From Eledone cirrhosa (Eukaryota): a DNA stretch of 64,000 nt. The stretch is taken from assembly GCA_964016885.1 (NCBI GenBank), contig OZ024747.1:86924001-86988000 (forward strand), given 5' to 3'. Shown piece after piece: positions 59,733 to 64,000 of the stretch. The notes beneath the pieces are model-generated. The model was not told the origin of the DNA. It saw only the letters and a list, made by a program, of their open reading frames with translations, and did no database searches. The stretch's first letter is position 1, and the number at the start of each line of letters is the position of its first letter. Position numbers and translations under genes: made by a program.

Positions 59733-60451
59733 TAATCTTCGTATATGTATATGAGTGTGTGGTTTCCGGTCCATCTCTATCTATCTATCTATCTATCTGC
59801 ATATATAATTATGTGTGTGTGTGTGTGTAAGTGTATGTATAGAGGATTAAGTGTATAATTATGTATGCGTGTATCAGTAAGCGCTCAGACAAACATTAAG
59901 AGTAACTGTCACTAAGATGTGAAAGACCATAACATTTACGGAAGGATAATAAGGGGTAATAAAATGTCAGAGTTTTTTCTATCTATATCTTCTTGTTTAT
60001 TCTTTTAAATATTGCCTTTGTTATAATTAAATTAAGTCTCATTAGCGTCAAATTTCTAACTTTTCTGCTCATTTGCTATAGAATTATTTTTGTATTTTTC
60101 ATCTTTGTTTGTGAATCCTTATTTTTTTTATTCTTTTATCTTTTTACTTTTATCTTTTATTCTTTCTCTGTCCCACTATCCACTTATTTCAACATCTATG
60201 TATATGTTACGAATAACGTTTCTAGTTTATTTCTCTTTCCTTTCTAGTTAATGCGTTGGTTCTTATTCAATTCCTGTGTACATTGTTTTCTCGGCGAAGC
60301 TGTTCTGCTAGAAATTAATAATATGGTGTTTTTTAACTACTATCGATTTGTCACTTTATTAATTTATCATGAATAATCAATCTTCTGAAACGATCGTAAT
60401 ACAATGAACTGATTAAGCATCAATATACTCCTTTTGTTTTCATTGTTCAAT

Positions 60452-60511
<60 letters not shown>

Positions 60512-60599
60512 GGAGTGTAACTGTAGGTTCACCCAGGTGAGCATTCGGTGTTTAGGTTCATTTCTGTATCGAGATGTAGAGCTAGACAGAGTGTAATAT

Positions 60600-60790
60600 A
60601 ATTGTTTCTACTTTTGGCACAAGGCCAGCAATTATCACAGTGCATTACTGGTACTTTATTTTATCAACGCCGTAAGGATGAAAGGCAAAGTTAACCTCGG
60701 TGGGATTTGAACTCAGATCATAAAGGGATGCAACTCTATGCTGGAAAGCATGGCGTCCGACCCTCTACCGATACTACCAAAACCACTACC
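60600..60790 (-). mobile_element. tRNA-derived SINE, full length
   Basis: 21-bp TSD CTAGACAGAGTGTAATATAAT at 60582-60602 and 60790-60810. Confidence 0.9.
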
Positions 60791-60804
60791 TAGACAGAGT
60801 GTAA

Positions 60805-60930
60805 TATAATAAAATAAAACAAGGACGAGTGGTTACTCGTTCATTACGTTTATTGTTTGGGGACGCGCGTTTTCAACCAATAAATGTAATGAAGGAGTAA
60901 CCACTCGTTCTTGTTTTATTTTATTATATA
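60805..60930. repeat. Imperfect ~125-bp palindrome ending in (TA)n
   Basis: ATAAAATAAAACAAGGACGAGTGGTTACTC pairs with GAGTAACCACTCGTTCTTGTTTTATTTTAT. Confidence 0.8.
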
Positions 60931-62096
60931 TATATATATGACTCTGTAACTCGTTTACAAATCACAACAGAGTCCAATATCATGAAAGCCTACTAGAGGT
61001 GACTGAATACTCTTGCCTTTTCTTTTGAACATGGTGTATCTAACCACATGGAAGTTTTCTCCTTTGGTTCAGCAAAAGATAACGTGTGGTAACATAGAAT
61101 AGTTTTTTATATGTATTTTTTCTTTGAATATCGTCCCCCGTTTTAGAGGATTGCCAACTTACTCTTATTTAGAATAAATAACTAGGCAATACATTAAATT
61201 TAAAGTTAAAAGCAATAATTGATTTGTATTGAGAGGAATGAACAGATTTTTATTTATTGGTGAGACTAAAAATCGTAGTCGGAAAGAACTTTAATGCATA
61301 GAGAAAGATCCATTGAAAATAACGAACTTTTTATTGACCAGAATAATTCTGTATATACTGATGAATAAACGATTTCACAGACATGAATAACAGTTATAAC
61401 ATCTTCCTTCATTACACATTTAACGTTTCAAATAATTTGAGGTAGTAATAATAGTATAACAACGTTTGCAGTTAAATATATTGTGTATATAATCTCTACA
61501 TTTAAGAACTGTAATTATAGGTTTATATGTCTATCACGTTTATCTATATTACAATACATTACGCTGCTCTTTCAGAAAGGTAATGGCATAAAACATACAA
61601 AATAAAATTGTGATAATATATATTTTGCCATTTTTACCCTCTTAATATAAAGGTTATTGCTAATGCTAGTGTATGAGACATGTTTATGTATTTTGTATCT
61701 TTTAATATGTTAGCCGTATGAGAAAGTGTGATGATTTTTATCTTCGAATGCCCATACATCTTAATATAATTGGTGCAGCTTTGAGCTTCTGTTGGTTGAT
61801 GCTAGTATGGAAAAAACGGGCAAAAGTTGTGTTAAATTCTGGAGGGAAATGTTGAAAAAAATTAAAATAGAGTTTGCGCAAGTTATACATAATGAAGATG
61901 GCGTGAGAATTCAAAGCGGATAAATCAAGTAGATTTCGGTGGATATGACACATAATTACTAGATCATAAAACATAATCCATACCAGAAAAGTAGAATAAA
62001 CAGGAAAGTAATATTTCATTTGTCAACTGATGATTATTGGTGAGTGAGCCTTAATAAATCAGTCGGATAGTCTTTTTGTCAGGTGCCGTTTAGAAT

Positions 62097-62630
62097 GTGA
62101 CAGGCTCACTTACTTTAATTTCAGCAAACAGAGGGAGATAAAGCTGACAAGGCCTTGTTTCGCATTTATTGATGCTTATCAAAGCCAACTACTGTTTGCT
62201 GAAATTAAAGTAAGTGATTCTATCACTACTCTAAAACAATAACATAAGGTCTTCGAAATGCTTTTAATTAAGCATACAATGTATTGCAAAATACACTGTA
62301 TATACATTCATATATATATAGCTATTTCAGAGCACCAATTCTAATTTTCAATTTCTGCTTGACCGGCAACCGCTCTGTATAATCAGTTCCTGATTATTTA
62401 CTAGAATTCTATCAGAAACAAACATCCACGATTTCAGCAGACAGGGGGAGTAGTTTACTTTGATAAGCACCAATAAATGCGAAACAAGGCCTTGTCAGCT
62501 TTATCTCCCCCTGTTTGCTGAAATTAAAGTAAGTGAGTCTGTCACTACTCTAAAACAATAGCATAAGGTCTTAGAAATGCTTTTAATTAAGCATACAGTG
62601 TATTGAAAAATGCACTATATATATACATTC

Positions 62631-62632
<2 letters not shown>
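62097..62632 (+). mobile_element. Retrozyme-like ~319-bp partial tandem unit with a 5' inversion
   Basis: 62192-62315 repeats from 62511; 62097-62184 is the inverse of ~62458-62545; ends in (TA)n. Confidence 0.75.
62431..62524 (+). ncRNA. Extended type I hammerhead, U3-A8 core, GUC site after 62496
   Basis: 20-bp distal stem I (ATTTCAGCAGACAGGGGGAG/CTCCCCCTGTTTGCTGAAAT), internal loop, CT-TTGATAA-GCA-CCAATAAA-TGC-GAAA-CAAGGCCTTG-TC-AG. Confidence 0.75.
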
Positions 62633-62703
<71 letters not shown>

Positions 62704-62758
62704 AAAATATTAAGAGAGTAAAACAAAGAATCCTTTAATACATCAAAAGTTTTTATTA

Positions 62759-62796
62759 GCCGACAATGTTTCGTCCTATTAAGGACTCATCAGGGC
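62759..62796 (-). ncRNA. Canonical minimal hammerhead in a ~95-bp solo insert in (TA)n
   Basis: Identical to 28325-28362. Confidence 0.85.
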
Positions 62797-62963
62797 AATC
62801 AAAAATATATATATATATATTTATATTAGAAAGTGAGGTTTTTTTTACAAAATGAAAAATAACCGAGGTGTCCTACACGAGTGGAAGTATAAAGAAAAAG
62901 GGATGAAATCGAAAATGCAACTGAAGTCTTATTTTTTTTTTAAATATATATATTTATTTGGTT

Positions 62964-63001
62964 CCTTTACCGGTTTCGCAGTTCTTCTGCTTTTCAAAAG
63001 G
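62964..63001 (-). ncRNA. Minimal hammerhead with U3-A8 core (15171 family)
   Basis: Reverse complement of CCTT-TTGAAAA-GCAG..CTGC-GAAACCGGTA-AAGG. Confidence 0.65.
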
Positions 63002-63509
63002 TGAGTTGAGATGGAGGGTCTGTGGTTTTTCTCACATCTGGTTGGTCTCTAAATGTTACTTGTTTTATATGGAAAACCTGGCTCGAAAACCAGGTTTTTC
63101 GAGAAGTAATTTGATTGGTTTGTCAATAATTATAATAAATTTCGCGCCAGTTCGCGTTACAATAGTTCTTCAAATAAGAGAGGGGGGTTGTCACAGGTTG
63201 TTTTTTCATATATGAGTGTTTGAATTTCTTTTTACTTGAAAAAATGAGGCTCACGAAGGCTTTTTTTGGTTGGTTATAAATGAAATTTGGCTGTCACGTG
63301 AACAAGTTTTCATTACATTTTTGCGCCCTTATTTGGAAAACTATTCTGTAGTCTCTATAGTGAATGTTATGACAATGGAGAGATAGTGGTCAAGGGAAAA
63401 GGGATTGGGAGAAATGTTCTGGTTCAGTGAATATGGCCAGCTGTCAGAGTTCAGGTGTCAGAGTTCAGATTTTCTATTGAGACTGAAGATATGTGTTTAT
63501 TTGTGTGCT

Positions 63510-63546
<37 letters not shown>

Positions 63547-63804
63547 ATGTGTGTATTGGAAGATGATTCTATTAGTAGAGATGGGGGGGGGGGTTGTGTG
63601 TGTGTGCATATGGGTGTTATGTGTGTGTGTGCGAGTATGTTAGATACAGAGAATATATATTTTTTGTGTGTGTGTATATATATATGTGTGTAGGAAAGTG
63701 GTTCTATTAGTAGAAATGGGGAGGGTGTTGTAGGTGTGGGGGTTTTTATGTGTGTGTATGGGTGTTATGTGTGTGGGAGTATGGTTAGCATGTTAAGATG
63801 AAGA

Positions 63805-63842
<38 letters not shown>

Positions 63843-64000
63843 TGTGTGTGTATGTGTGTGTGTAGGAAAATGATTCCTTTAGTAGGAATATTTTTGAATG
63901 AACATATTTTCCTGACTTTTTCGTGTTTGCTGTTGTATTGCCAGTGCAAACGTATGTTTAAGGTTTATTTAGTTCGGGTTTTTATTTTCTAAAGTAGGTG

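Overview
Very AT-rich, microsatellite-dense eukaryotic DNA. Its SINE families and abundant (TA)n/(CA)n tracts suggest an octopod cephalopod (inference). No host protein-coding exon could be recognised, and most ORF-track entries are translated microsatellites. The window is a nest of mobile elements: several Penelope-like elements (PLEs; RT + GIY-YIG), an APE-RT LINE with a tandem-CCCH ORF1, R4/Dong-like and RTE fragments, tRNA-derived SINEs with TSDs and a non-autonomous Helitron. The main signal is RNA-level: about 25 type I hammerhead ribozyme (HHR) motifs from about 15 distinct sequence families, all found by eye. Some lie in PLE 3' ends. Others lie in non-coding partial tandem units of about 319, 519, 591 and 690 bp that look like retrozymes. 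Three unrelated families use a compensatory U3-A8 core (UUGANAA) and four use CCGANGA. Many inserts are tail-out palindromes sitting in (TA)n, up to a 3-kb fold-back PLE. None of the ribozyme calls was tested computationally or experimentally.
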